The notes below the pieces were generated by a model. It saw only the letters and a list, made by a program, of their open reading frames with translations, was not told the origin of the DNA and made no database searches. Below, piece by piece: positions 26,667 to 39,690 of a DNA stretch of 64,000 nt. Both the position numbers and the translations under genes were made by a program. Numbering within the stretch: the first letter of the stretch is position 1; every line of letters starts with the position of its first letter. The stretch lies in NCBI RefSeq assembly GCF_009914755.1, contig NC_060928.1; one strand, 5' to 3'. This DNA comes from the human T2T-CHM13v2.0 reference genome, Homo sapiens.

Positions 26667-26960
26667 ATATCTTGTGCTTTAGTCTAGTAAAACTTCTTAG
26701 AGAGAGACAACTTTCTCCCTAAATGACCCATTAGATCCATTTCTGTTTGTGAAACTTTATAGTTTTGTTCTTTATCTTGCAAAAATACTTACTAATTTGT
26801 ACATTAAAATCAGTGAAATATGTATATATTTTAAATTAGCATATATTAAAAGGAGACCTTACAAATGTACTGATTTACATTTGGTTGAAGTTCAATTTGG
26901 GGCATTATATTGCATTAGAAATTGTTTTGGTTCTTAAATACTTACTTAGAAAATCTGATT

Positions 26961-27248
26961 GGCCGGGCATGGTGGCTCACGCCTGTAATCCCCACTCTTT
27001 GGGAGGCAGAAGGGGGCTGATCATCTGAGGTCAGGAGTTTGAGACCAGCCTGGCCAACATGGTGAAACCCTGTCTCTACTACAAATACAAAACTTAGCTG
27101 GGCGTAGTGGTGGGCGCCTGTAATCCCAGCTACTTGGGAGGCTGAGGCAGGAGATCCCTTGTACCCGAGAGGTGGAGGTTTCAGTGAGCCGAGATCATGC
27201 CACTGCACTCCAGCCTGGGCAACAGAGCAAGATTCCATCTGAAAAAAA
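26961..27248 (+). mobile_element. AluSx-like
   Basis: Full dimer; TSD AAAATCTGATT. Confidence 0.92.
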
Positions 27249-29460
27249 AAAATCTGATTAATGCATAAATGTTTTTCTTTTCTTCCAGATAACTACAAAA
27301 TAACCCCTGAATCATAGACATATCAACAAAATATGTGAATCACACATCAACAAAATCTCTTTCCTATTACAAGACTAGGGGTTCTCAATATTATCACAAT
27401 TTTGATTTGATGTACCACAGTCTTCCACCTTGTCACTGCTTATGAAATTCACCCACTGGTGACCCTGAATTTGATCAACAACAAAAACTGAACAAATATA
27501 TTAAAATGTATGTTGGAACTTTCACTTTCAAAAAACATTTTGAAAACAATTTTTATAAACCAAATCTGAACCTGAGTATATGTATAAGGATGTTAACATT
27601 CTTTCTTTTTTATATTTTTGTCTATTCCTGTGACAGATTACCAATGTGAATAGTCTTTCTTAATTATCTATTCTGGTTACCATGGGGTTTGAGAGTGATA
27701 ATGGATCACATAACCTGTTCTATGAGTTCTGAACCAAATGGGAAAAAAGATTTAGGAGTAAGTATCAGCTTCATTTTAGTAAATAAAAATTGGATTAGGC
27801 ATTGATTTGAAACAAAAATTGGGATCCCTACTCCTTCCCCACTTCTTTGTAGTGACTTTCCCACCCATGCCAAGAGCTCCTCTCTTTGGCAGTTTGAGGA
27901 ATAAAAATATAAATACCATTCTTACTACCAAACACATTTGAAATCTTTCTTCCTGTTGCTAAAAATGAAGGTCTCTAGACAAAATGAGGCATTTGGTGTA
28001 TCGCCTCTCTCAGTGCCCATGGTGGTTATTTCAATAGTGCTTTACTAAGGATTTATTTCCTTCTTTTAGATTAAATGAGTGGAATTAATGACCATCAAAA
28101 TGAACAGAGTGCATGGTGAAGATTTTTAAAATAAGAATTCAGTTTCAGGAGGACAGCACAACAATGTTTGTTAGTCTTCCTGTTTGGCTTAGGAATGAAT
28201 AAACAGATCATATGCCATCATCCCCTTCCCTATCGAAGGAAGATCTTGTAACTGAGCTATCCCAGAAACAACCTGAGTCCTGCAACAAATGGAAACTGAT
28301 GAATAGAGGTCTTATTTGTTTCTGGCCCAGATTCCTCAATAATGGTCCAAGATTTTATGCAGAGAACAAAGATTTGTTGTTGATCCAGGGTTTTGTATTA
28401 GGAGCCAATGCGAATGAAAATCTAAGAGCTGAGTAGAGTTCAGTGGTCTCTCGTTGTTGGGGAAGAAGGATAGGAGAGAAGATGAGGAAGAAGGCATCTC
28501 TATTCTACCTCTCTGACATAGCTCATGTTCTCCTCCAGCCCCAGCTCCTGCAGTAAAGGAGGTCAGCTCAGCTCAGCTCAGATGAGGTCTGCCCATCTCC
28601 CAGAATATGGGCAACTCCAGATGTGTATGTGGAGGTAAAGTTCATTTCAAAGGAAAAATAATTCTATCTATGCCTCAGAAAATTCCTAATGCCCAGCGCA
28701 TAGTGAGTGCTCAATAAATGCTGTTCTACTAAACTGAAATAGTTCCACTAACCTAAAATGAAATAGTTTAAATTAGAGTGAGCAGTAAATCCCAAATTAG
28801 TCCAAAAGATCAAAACTTATTTGAAAGCAGGTACAAATCTGAAAAGTATCCACCACCATCACTTTGTCCAGTAGGATCCAATGGCCATAGTGACCCAGAG
28901 CTTGATTACTAGATGTGAGCTCCACCTCACTCTGTGGGAAGCCCAGCTGTAAGCATCGGAGGTCTGTTAACCCCTGGAGGAGAAAGGACATCATGTACAT
29001 TCGCCAGCACATGGTGGGTGCCCAGACCATACAGTGGAGTTCCCTGAAACATGCCCCAGAGAACAGCAATCACCCATGGGAGCTGTTTCCTCAGTTAGGA
29101 GGAGAGAGAAGCCAACCCATCCATCCAGGTAAACATGAGGAAGATGGAATTTGGCCTTATTAAGTCTGTCAACATTCATGCAAAGTTGTGAAACACACAA
29201 AGGTCACTCTCGCCCAGTCTTTCAGGGTCCTGGTCTCTTCTCTGTTTATGTATTCCTCGCTTTTCAAATGTCCTCTCCTTCCTGACTCATGCTGTAATCA
29301 GTTCTCAGTAAATCTCTGATTGAAGCATTTAAGAACAAATTACTAAGAAAGCATGATATTTTATATATCCCAGATAGGTATGTCTTTTATTGGGGATGAA
29401 CAAAGAAAAAAAGCCTTAATTCAAAGGAGTATATTTTCAAAAGTGAAATTTCAGGCAGGG

Positions 29461-29740
29461 TGTTAGGATAGGCTAAACTGTCATCCAAGATTCAAACACA
29501 ATGGAATTTTATTTCTCGTGCACCTAACAGTCCAGTGTGGATATTTGGGTTATTGGACGGATTTCCTTTATGTGGTCATTCAGAGCCCCTCTGGTGAGGC
29601 CTCTGGTTATATGCAGCCAGAAGTGGAGGGGAAGGAGAGTGTGGAGGCCCAGCTGCTGTCTTGAGAGCTCAGATTCAGGAGAAGCACTCCATCTGGGCTG
29701 ATCGTTCACCGAGAGAACTTAGTCACATGGTCTCCTCCTT
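29461..29740 (-). mobile_element. Old MaLR LTR fragment (MLT1J/K-like)
   Basis: gttaggataggctaa...tttatttctc...gaacttagtcacatgg; boundaries approximate. Confidence 0.5.
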
Positions 29741-30569
29741 TGCCAGTTGCTGTTGTTTTATTCTGGAAGTAAAGGAATATGGATTTTGGCAGACAACCAA
29801 CAGTCTCAGCCCAAATCAACAGCCCACAGTGTGGAGATTTGTTGCTTGGGAGGGGTGCAGACAAAGAGGAAGATGATCTTCTTCCTAATGTGCCTTCAAC
29901 TGTGTCCTGTAGCTCCTCATCACCTCCACCTAAGCTGAAGCCCAGTGCTGCTGATGCAATGAACTCCCAGGAGTTTTCAAATTTACTAACATCATTTTAA
30001 CTCTCTGTGGCTCAGCCTAGGTTTGTAACAGTAGAAAAGTACAATGTGGACCTGCATATCACTGGCCAGTAGATCTTCAAGAGCCAGCTCCTTCAGGCTC
30101 CAAGCAGACCCTGAACTCAAGGGTAAATCACCAACGTCCTGAGATGGGAAGGTGCAGCTTGATCCCACTCACTAACTCGAAGCCTTTGCTTTGCTGGGGA
30201 TCATCCAGGCTACTGACTTCTCCTTTTCCCTGGTTTCTTCTCTTTTCCCAGACAAGTTGCACTGCTGATCATCAGCAGACAAGTTGCACTGTTGATCAGC
30301 ACCTGAACCAGGTGGTGCCGAGAAGGAGACAGAGATGATGAAATAAACATCAGCTTGGTAATTACTTCTTAAGCCTGATGAAAATAGAGTTGACCGGTTG
30401 CAGCTGAAATGTAGTTAAGACTGTGGATAATCATCCTTTATCTCCTCCTGGTCTCATAAGCACTGATGCTTGAGAGGTGTCTGGAAGATTATGCAGTGCT
30501 CTAAATTTATCACATATTCATGTTAAGAAGAGTTTAATGCATTTTTCTGTGTATAATGTGTAACCAGAA

Positions 30570-30810
30570 ATAATTGCAACAGTGAAGATTTATTGAAAGA
30601 TTATGTGTCAGGTATGATCTTAAATGCTTTATGTACATGGTTTCATTAAATTCTCTCTACAACCCTGGGTGGTAGATACTTTTATTATCCCTGTTTCATA
30701 GTCAGGAAAATTGGGACATGAAGGGGCTTCCTGACTCACCAAGTGTGCATACCTACTCGGCAGCGAGGCAGTGCTCAGAGGCAGAGACCAGAAGTTGAAC
30801 CTTTGCACTC
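30570..30810 (-). mobile_element. MIR
   Basis: aaccctgggtggtagatactttattatccctgtttcatagtcaggaaaattgggac, antisense MIR core. Confidence 0.7.
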
Positions 30811-32039
30811 TTCATCCTCCCTACTCCGGTAGCAAACTCTAAATGCTCATTTCTAAAGAAAATAGGGTGCACATGTTTTTCTTTTGAGAAAGTGAATTAA
30901 TCTGTGAAGTTCTTCTTGCCTCCATAGGATTAGAATAGAATGAAGTATCTAGCCAGGAGTCAAGAATTCCATGCTATGTTGCTGACTCAGCCATTAAAGC
31001 AATTTTCCCTGGACGGTCTTCACCAAATGACTGGGAAATAAAATGTCATGGAATTGAGACCACCCATATACCCCCAGCCCACTATAAGGGGAGAAGAAAG
31101 CTAGCAGCAAATGAAAATGGAAGCAGAGGGAAGAAGCCATACCATCACCCTTGTTCCTCCATCTGGAGGCAGAATAGATGCTGCTCGTGCCATCGCTGTT
31201 GAATTAGTTTATGAAGGACACCTCCTGTGAGGTTAAATAGCAACTGTGGGCTGCCATCACATGTTGTACTAAATCCTCTTCTGCCCTTTCTGTTCTATAA
31301 CTCAACAAATGGTAAACACTCCTCTAGTGAGTGCCAAAGAAGGGAGCAATAACTACCGAGCAGGCATCTCAGGTCACCTGGGGACACACCAATAGCTGTG
31401 CCTAATGATCAGATCAGAAAGCCCAATTAAACTCCAGAGAGTTCCTTTGAGCAATCACTGACAGGGCATTGACTTCTGTATGGCCTCAGCAATGCAGAGC
31501 ACCTGGAAAAGGGCTCATTAGCTACAGGAAGCCTCTTTCACCGTTCGACTGCAGCTCCAACTCAGAAACATGAAACTCTTGGCAGGTAGCTCTGTCAGCA
31601 GCTCAGGGGAATCTTTCCTTTGGTTTCAGTTCATAATATTTGGCAACGTCTGCAGTCACCTGTGAAGAAGCTAAAAATCCACGGTAAGAGGCAGCCAACT
31701 CACCCGTTCATAATCGTTACAGGTATGCGTACTATTTATTTATTGTTGTCCTGTTCTAAGCATTGCAAAGCACTTTTGAGAATGTGTCTCTCGCTCAAAC
31801 AGATTTTTTTTTGTGGTGTTTTTCCTCTTCAGAGATTGCCCTTTTGTATGTTTGGTTTCGTAATGCCCCCAAAATAATGTATCGCACTTATTGTCACTAT
31901 TTGTTTTGGCACATTTGATGTGCCCTGCAGAGACGTTTTATGATATATTTTCCTAGATATATAAATTAATTCCATTCATAGTGAGTGACTACAGAGATGG
32001 CTGCAAAGCAAACTTTCAATCACACAAGTGTCTCTTTCC

Positions 32040-32420
32040 TTTATTTAGTAAGTCTTTATTTATGACCCACGATGTGCCTGGCACTCTTTTAGGTCCTGAA
32101 AATAGAGCAACAAAGAAGAGGCAGAGATGCCTCACCTTACAGGAAGGAGAAATCTTCATAAAAAATGAATAATATATATAACAACGAAGAGGATAAAGGT
32201 CCTATTGAGATGAACAAATCAGGGAAGTACAATAGGAACTAGAGCAGATGGGTGGGCTTGTAGTTTTGAACAGAAGTGAGCAGGGAAGGCCTCACCAAAG
32301 TGACTCTTAGCAAAGACCTGAAGGGGGCCAGGGAGACAAGCTTGCAGCCACCTGGCCAATGGCGAGGAGAGTGGCTGAGCAAAGAGAGGCCTGAGTGTGG
32401 GGATTTGCATCCAGGTGGAT
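32040..32420 (-). mobile_element. L2 fragment
   Basis: tgtgcctggcactctttta...cagggaaggcctcaccaaagtgactcttagcaaagacctgaag. Confidence 0.7.
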
Positions 32421-33481
32421 TCCTTTTGATCCTGGTGTTGTAAAGGGATACAGCTGTATAGTGACTGGCCATTCTTCTGACTAAAACCTATACAATTAAC
32501 TAACTGGTTTGGGAGAATAAAATATTGTGAAGAACTCATTTGGCCTTAAATGGCCATGTTTGTACAAACAGATCTGACTGTTTTATTGTAAAAATTTGAA
32601 TTCTGAGAAGATAGAATATATTTTATCAAAGAGCTGATTTAACTATGTTTCTTTTTGGAGCAATTATTTTTATGATAAGTAACAGAAAAGTTTACTCATA
32701 CAGAGAAAAATTCAAGAAGGTATGAGGCACTGATCAAATAAATTCAGGTAAAAGTCTTCCTTCGATGGCAAACAAATCTGACTTGATTTTCTAGCTTTTA
32801 TCAGTTAAATACATCTAATAATTTTAAAGCATTTCATGTTGTAAGCCTGAAATGATCCACATCTCTGACTCTGCTATTATTAATCGAGAATATACCTCAA
32901 CACTTTTGTGTGTATGTGAAAGCAAAAATTCTGGTCATCCCTTTCATATCTCAATAACCCCACTGGGAAATCCTTCGGTGCTTATGCAATCATTATACTC
33001 CTCTCAAATATGAGAAGCTGTAGGTGAGGGAAAGGGTAAGAAAGCAAGGATGCTGTAACCCTTTAGCAGGTTTTGCTCAATGATGACACTGCCAAAAGCC
33101 CAGAGAGAGTAGCTGAGCATCCCCCAAGCCTATCCTATGCATTCAGAGAGGGGACCCCACTCTGCTCTGGGCCCATAGTGGGCACATCACACTCTCAGAT
33201 TCTCTGAATATCAGTACAGTTTCTGCATCAGCAAGCGTTTAGAAAACTTTTCAAAGTGGACATAATGATTAATTTAGTCTTCAGAGGTCAAAGTCTTGTT
33301 CTATTATTTTGAGTAAGTGACAGCACAAGGAAAGCCAAAGGAATGAGCCCCAGGAGTTCTGGCCTGGAAGGTTCCAGATTGGGCTCTGCACTCGGATCAG
33401 GACTGACCATGGAGGTGCTGCCTCTGCAGAAGCATCTGGTTGTTTAAAGCCACAGAGGCGAGGACCCTTCAAGCATTTTAA

Positions 33482-33914
<433 letters not shown>

Positions 33915-34894
33915 AACACTGAAATCTTTGTTTGTGGAGACTTTAGGAATCTGTCAGGATTTTCAGAGTCTTCATGCTCTCCACTGGTTTTACATTTTTT
34001 CTTTGTTTTCATGTGTTTGTTTGCTTTTAATTCGAACTGCATTGTGTGGCTTGTCAGCTAAATGGGTTATCTCTATCTAGTGTGTTGTTCTTAATGATTC
34101 TCTGTGGCATACTTTCCATTTCTCACTCCCTGATCACCAGAAGCTAATAGCAGTAGAACTCTAAACAAATGAGCCACGATTTCCAAGGGACCATTTCTGC
34201 CAGCATTTGATTATTTTTGTATTGTGTGAGGTTGTTGCCTAGGAAGTTTTTATTTTCTGTATCCACACTTTCTATGGTTTCTTGATTTCATAGATGGTAA
34301 AAAAGAAAGCAGTTTTGGGTTATATTTATAAAAATTATCTTTAAAATCTTCAGTTACATAGCACATAATTTCTTGTAAAATTCTTGTTGTGAATCACAGA
34401 AGAATCTTTTAATTCAACTAATCACAGGTGCTTTAATGTAAAGCTTATAGTAAAGAGATTTTTTATGAGCTAAGTACTGTGTCCTAGGGTCCATTTAAGT
34501 TCAGTGGGTGAACTAATTATAATGATATGATTTGAGCCTGCTGAAAATAATTATCCCAACCTGTTTATTCATTTAGAAAAGCTTCTAACAATGGCTAATG
34601 GCTTTTAACCTGTGGAAAGATATTTGGTTGGATCCTATGAAACAGCCATTTTTGCAGGTCTGAAATGATGAAATATCAGCAACTTCACAGGGTTAAAATA
34701 GTGTACTAAAAATGACAGGAGAACTTAAGAAGAAAAAATACAGTAACCTAGACTCATGCAAAAACCTGGAGAAGGGGAAGAGAAGGGATGTGTAAGAATA
34801 AAATAAGACAGTTCAGCAACCAGGAGCCAATCTCCATTCCGAGTGCTCTTTTGCCTTTGTTCAAAATTTAATAATGTCTTGCTTTTGTGGAACA

Positions 34895-35224
34895 TTTTTA
34901 TTTTATTTTATTTTATTTTATTTTATTTTATTTTATTTTATTTATTTGAGACAGGGTCTGACTCTGTTGTCAAGGCTGGAATGCAGTGGTGCAATTTTGG
35001 CTCACTGCAACCTCAATTTTCTAGGCTCAAGTGATCCTCCCACCTCAGCCTCCTGAGTAGCTGGGACTACAGATGTGCCACCACGCCCAGCTAATTTTTT
35101 ATTTTTAGCAGAGACAGACTAAGGTTATATTGCCCATGCTGGTCTCAAACTCCTGGACTCAAGCAATCTGCCAGCCTCAGCCTCCCAAAGTGCTAAGATT
35201 ACAGGCGTGAGCCACCACTCTGGA
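34895..35224 (-). mobile_element. AluJ with (TTTTA)n tail
   Basis: J-type diagnostics; tail converted to a pentanucleotide repeat. Confidence 0.88.
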
Positions 35225-37257
35225 TGAGCATTTGTAATGAGCTAGGCACTATGCTAACTGCTCCCTCTATATAGCCTATATATGCTGTCTAAAGAGACAT
35301 TATTCATACATTCCATGAGGTATTTTAATCATTTTCCTGGATAAGTGAATTGAGGTTTCCAGAGTTGAAATAACTTTCCCAAGTCCAGGCAACATTCAAA
35401 TCTAGTTTTGTCTGATTCTAAAATTTCTGCCCTGAATCATGATGCCACTTCATCTTGTAAACAGGAAGCAGGAGAAAGCCTTGGTGCTCCACTCTTAGTA
35501 TTAATATCAAGAGAGAATCTGTACCAAAGAGCAAATTCAACACTGTTTCTCTTTTTTTGGCTTCTTCAGGGTTTTGCCTGCTTCTTTATATATCAGTGCT
35601 TTAAACCACCAGGTGTTAGAGTCATCAGATTTTAAATGAAATCATTCCATTTCCTGTTATACCTCAAAGCTTAGATTCTGTTTTATTTACAGTTAGACTC
35701 TCAGTTATAAAGGCTGTGCTTTCTTTTTCTACCAAGGATGCATCAAAGGTAGAAAACGGCTCAGCTGCAAGCACCATGGATGGGTAAGATGGAGCATGAA
35801 GATTCCAAGGGGATAGAATTTTCCTCCCCTTTTCTTCATGGGGTTGAGAAAATGTCTTATTGCCTGCTTCCAGTGTCCAGATGCATTAGGCACATTTTAG
35901 GAGATGGCGAATGATAAACTGCCAAATCATCAGATTGCCTCTTCCAACTTTCACCTGATTCATATTTTATCAAATAAATAAAAATACAGATATAAGAAGA
36001 GAAACAGTGGGAAAACAAAGAGAGAAAATGTTTTTAATAATATTTGTAGGTTTTTGAGCAAATCTATATGTAGTTTCCAAATGTAACTTCAGTTGTGAAG
36101 GGTTAGATTCAGAATCTTGATGGATGTGAGAATGTTTTTAACGCCACAACACACACCACTCCTTCATGTTTCTGAGCCTGCTCTGTACCTTGGACATTTT
36201 ATATTTGGGAGCTTAAGATGATTTTTAAAAAAATCTCTTTCCAACCAATTCTTCTAGAACAAATCTAGTGAAGCAGATGCAACGCAAGGTGGAGACACTG
36301 GGAACTGGCTGGGCTGCCGGGTGAATTCCAGTACAGACCCAACACCACCACAGAAACTAGGAATTTCCCTAGAAGCATTTAGGAGAACTAGCTCTACTTT
36401 TCCAGGAGCTTAGTTTATTGATTCATCGCCTACTTTAGGTCAGGCAGTTTGCCAAGAGCTGTGGATACACAGATGATTGTGACATAGTTCCTACTCCTCA
36501 AGGAGAAATTAGAATGAGATTCAGACAAGTGAACTGTCAATGATGCAATTCTAGATAAGGGCTGTCATGGGATAAGGGGAACGTGGGGTGCTATGCTTCC
36601 CCAAAGGGAGTCAGAGGAAGTGTCTGCTGGAGGCATCAAAATTAGGGCTCTGTCTATGCTGGAACCTTAGCCCTAGTGGGGGCTTGTATTTCTCAGTTTT
36701 CCTTGCCTGCTAGGTGAAAATTTATTTAGCTAGGGCACAGTGCTTCTGGCCCTAATGAGGTACTTCTCTTTGTGGGCAATATTTTTGTGATTGATAAAAT
36801 AAATGCATCTTCCTCAACTGACAGCAGGAAAATGTGAAGAGAGGTGACAGGGTGATGGGCCACAGAGAGGGAGAAATGAGTACATCTCTGTACGTACAAA
36901 TGCTTTTTCATCTATATGTTGTTATCCATACAAAAATAGCAATCCACAAGACCCGTTGTAATAAAGGAATTACAGGGCATCAAAGAAAAGAGGGAGTTTT
37001 CCAGGCTTGTTTAAACATTGATGCTCATCTCTACCATTCAGGAAGAAAATCCATCAGGCTTTTCTTCTGTTTCTCAGTGGCTAATGGACTATATGAAACT
37101 CAATTTCTGTACAGCAAGTTGGCCATAAGATGTACTTAGCAGACAATTAACATCAGCAGCCAACAACTAGAGTTGGTTAAATATCTACCGGCCTGGGGCA
37201 ATCCTCATGAGTGATATAAGTAATCTTAAAAGAAATCAGTTCCCACCTTCTTGGTTT

Positions 37258-37746
<489 letters not shown>

Positions 37747-38681
37747 ATGGCAGTTTACAATCTTAGAATGCAATCTGGAACAGGCACACATATAAAGCAA
37801 GAATGTACAGAGGGAAATATGAAAAACACATTTAATCCATGGTAATAAACGTAGATTGAAAGAGAAGAAATAATACTCATGACACTGCAGTCCCAGAAAC
37901 CATTAAAACACAATTAGATTTTTCTTGCTAAAAAGCACCAACCACAGAGATGCTAATTGCTCACTAGTCCTAGATCCAGGAGCTTTAGATTAATTTTCTA
38001 GTGGGCTTACCTGGTTCTTGTACTACGTATATATTGCTAGGGGTAAGTTGAGGGACTATTTCAGAAGCACCAGTGGCACCTTGGCATAAATACACATTTC
38101 AGACCAGGGCAAATTTTACTCTACAATAACAGCCAGGTTCTGGGATGAGGAGGCATCCTGTCTCAACCAGGAAGAATTGCACAGATTTTATCAGTAGTTT
38201 TACAGGGAATTTTCTCAATTGTCCAGACCCGGGTTAATGGACTTGCAGATTTAGAATCCCACCTCTCCTTGGCCACTATTCATCTCATCACTGATGCTGA
38301 TGTTTCTCTTCTTCACAGACCCCTCTTCCCTGGGTTTAAGGACTATATATTCCTAGAAGTCCCTGCTAAACAAGTAACTGCAGGTTATAATCCACAGTGG
38401 CTAAAGCTAATCTGATGAATGAGATAATTGAAAGACAAAAAAACAGAAGGCTCAAAAGTCTGCATCAAGTTCTTAGATATTCACATTGCACAGAAAAAAA
38501 GAGAGAAATGATGGGGAAAGGGTAAAAAAAAGGAGAGGAGAGAGTTAATTATGCAAATATGAAAAGAAAGCAGATGGTGGGACTGGAAGCCTCAGGTGGC
38601 AGTGTCATTTTTAAAAGGTCAAACTTGGAAAGGCAGATATTGTAACCAGTGATTCAGAATCACATTGCCTCTTTTCCTTCT

Positions 38682-39098
38682 TGTTTATGGGTTGAAATGT
38701 GTCCCTCCAAACCAGAATAAAATCCTAACCCCCAGAAACTGTGAATGTGATCTTATTTGGAAATAAGGTCTTTGCCAGTGATCAAATTAAGATGAGGTCA
38801 TTAGGGTGGGCGTTAATCTGACTGGTATCCTTATTAAAAGAGGGAAATTTGGGCACAGAAATAGACATGGATAAAGGAAAGACATGTAAAGACACAGGGA
38901 GAAGGCCATCTACAGCCAACGAGTGCCTGAGGCTGCTGGGAACTAGGAGAGATCTCACAGAGCTCAGGAGAAGCCAATCCTTCCAGCACCTTGATTTTTG
39001 CACTTCTAGCCACTCTAGAACTGGGAGACGATACACTTTTCTTGTTTAAGGCATCCAATTTCTGGCAGTTTGTTATGGCAGCCCAAGGAAAAAATACA
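38682..39098 (+). mobile_element. MLT1C-like MaLR solo LTR
   Basis: tgtttatgggttgaaatgtgtccc...tttgttatggcagcccaaggaaaaaataca; TSD (c/t)ttct. Confidence 0.85.
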
Positions 39099-39690
39099 TT
39101 TCTTGAAAATTAGATTTAAGAATTAAAAAGAACAAATCAGAATGCTATCAAGATAGAAAACTTTGTATGACTGAATTTTCTAAGCAAGTTTTGTTTTTGT
39201 AAATGAATTGATAGAAAGTAAGAGTGGGCAAATAAATATGATAGACTGGGTTATAACTCAAAAAGTTGAAGTCAAAATTTCTGATAAACAATGAAAATAA
39301 AAAGTGGGTCTTGTTATTCTCAGGCAGCTTGGTGTGGGCCGATGGAGCTGAGGACTCTTACAAACTGGCACAACCTCCTCTTTTTCAATTGAGGAAACTG
39401 AGAACAATTAAATAACTTGGCCAAAAAATAGCTTTTAGCTTATAAAGCAATTACATCGGCTATATGAACAGAAGCTTGACTGACCAGAACTTTTCAATGT
39501 ACTTTATTACACAACGTAATTGACTCAAGAGACAGGCAACTTTGTCTGCCAATATGTTTCCAAATCATCCTAGGAGGCAAGGGCATTATATTTCTTCTGT
39601 GAGACTTTCAGATACAGTGAATAGCTGCATGCCATGTTTACTCACCTGAAAGGGGCAGGGTGATGATTATTGCCACCCTCATTACATTTA

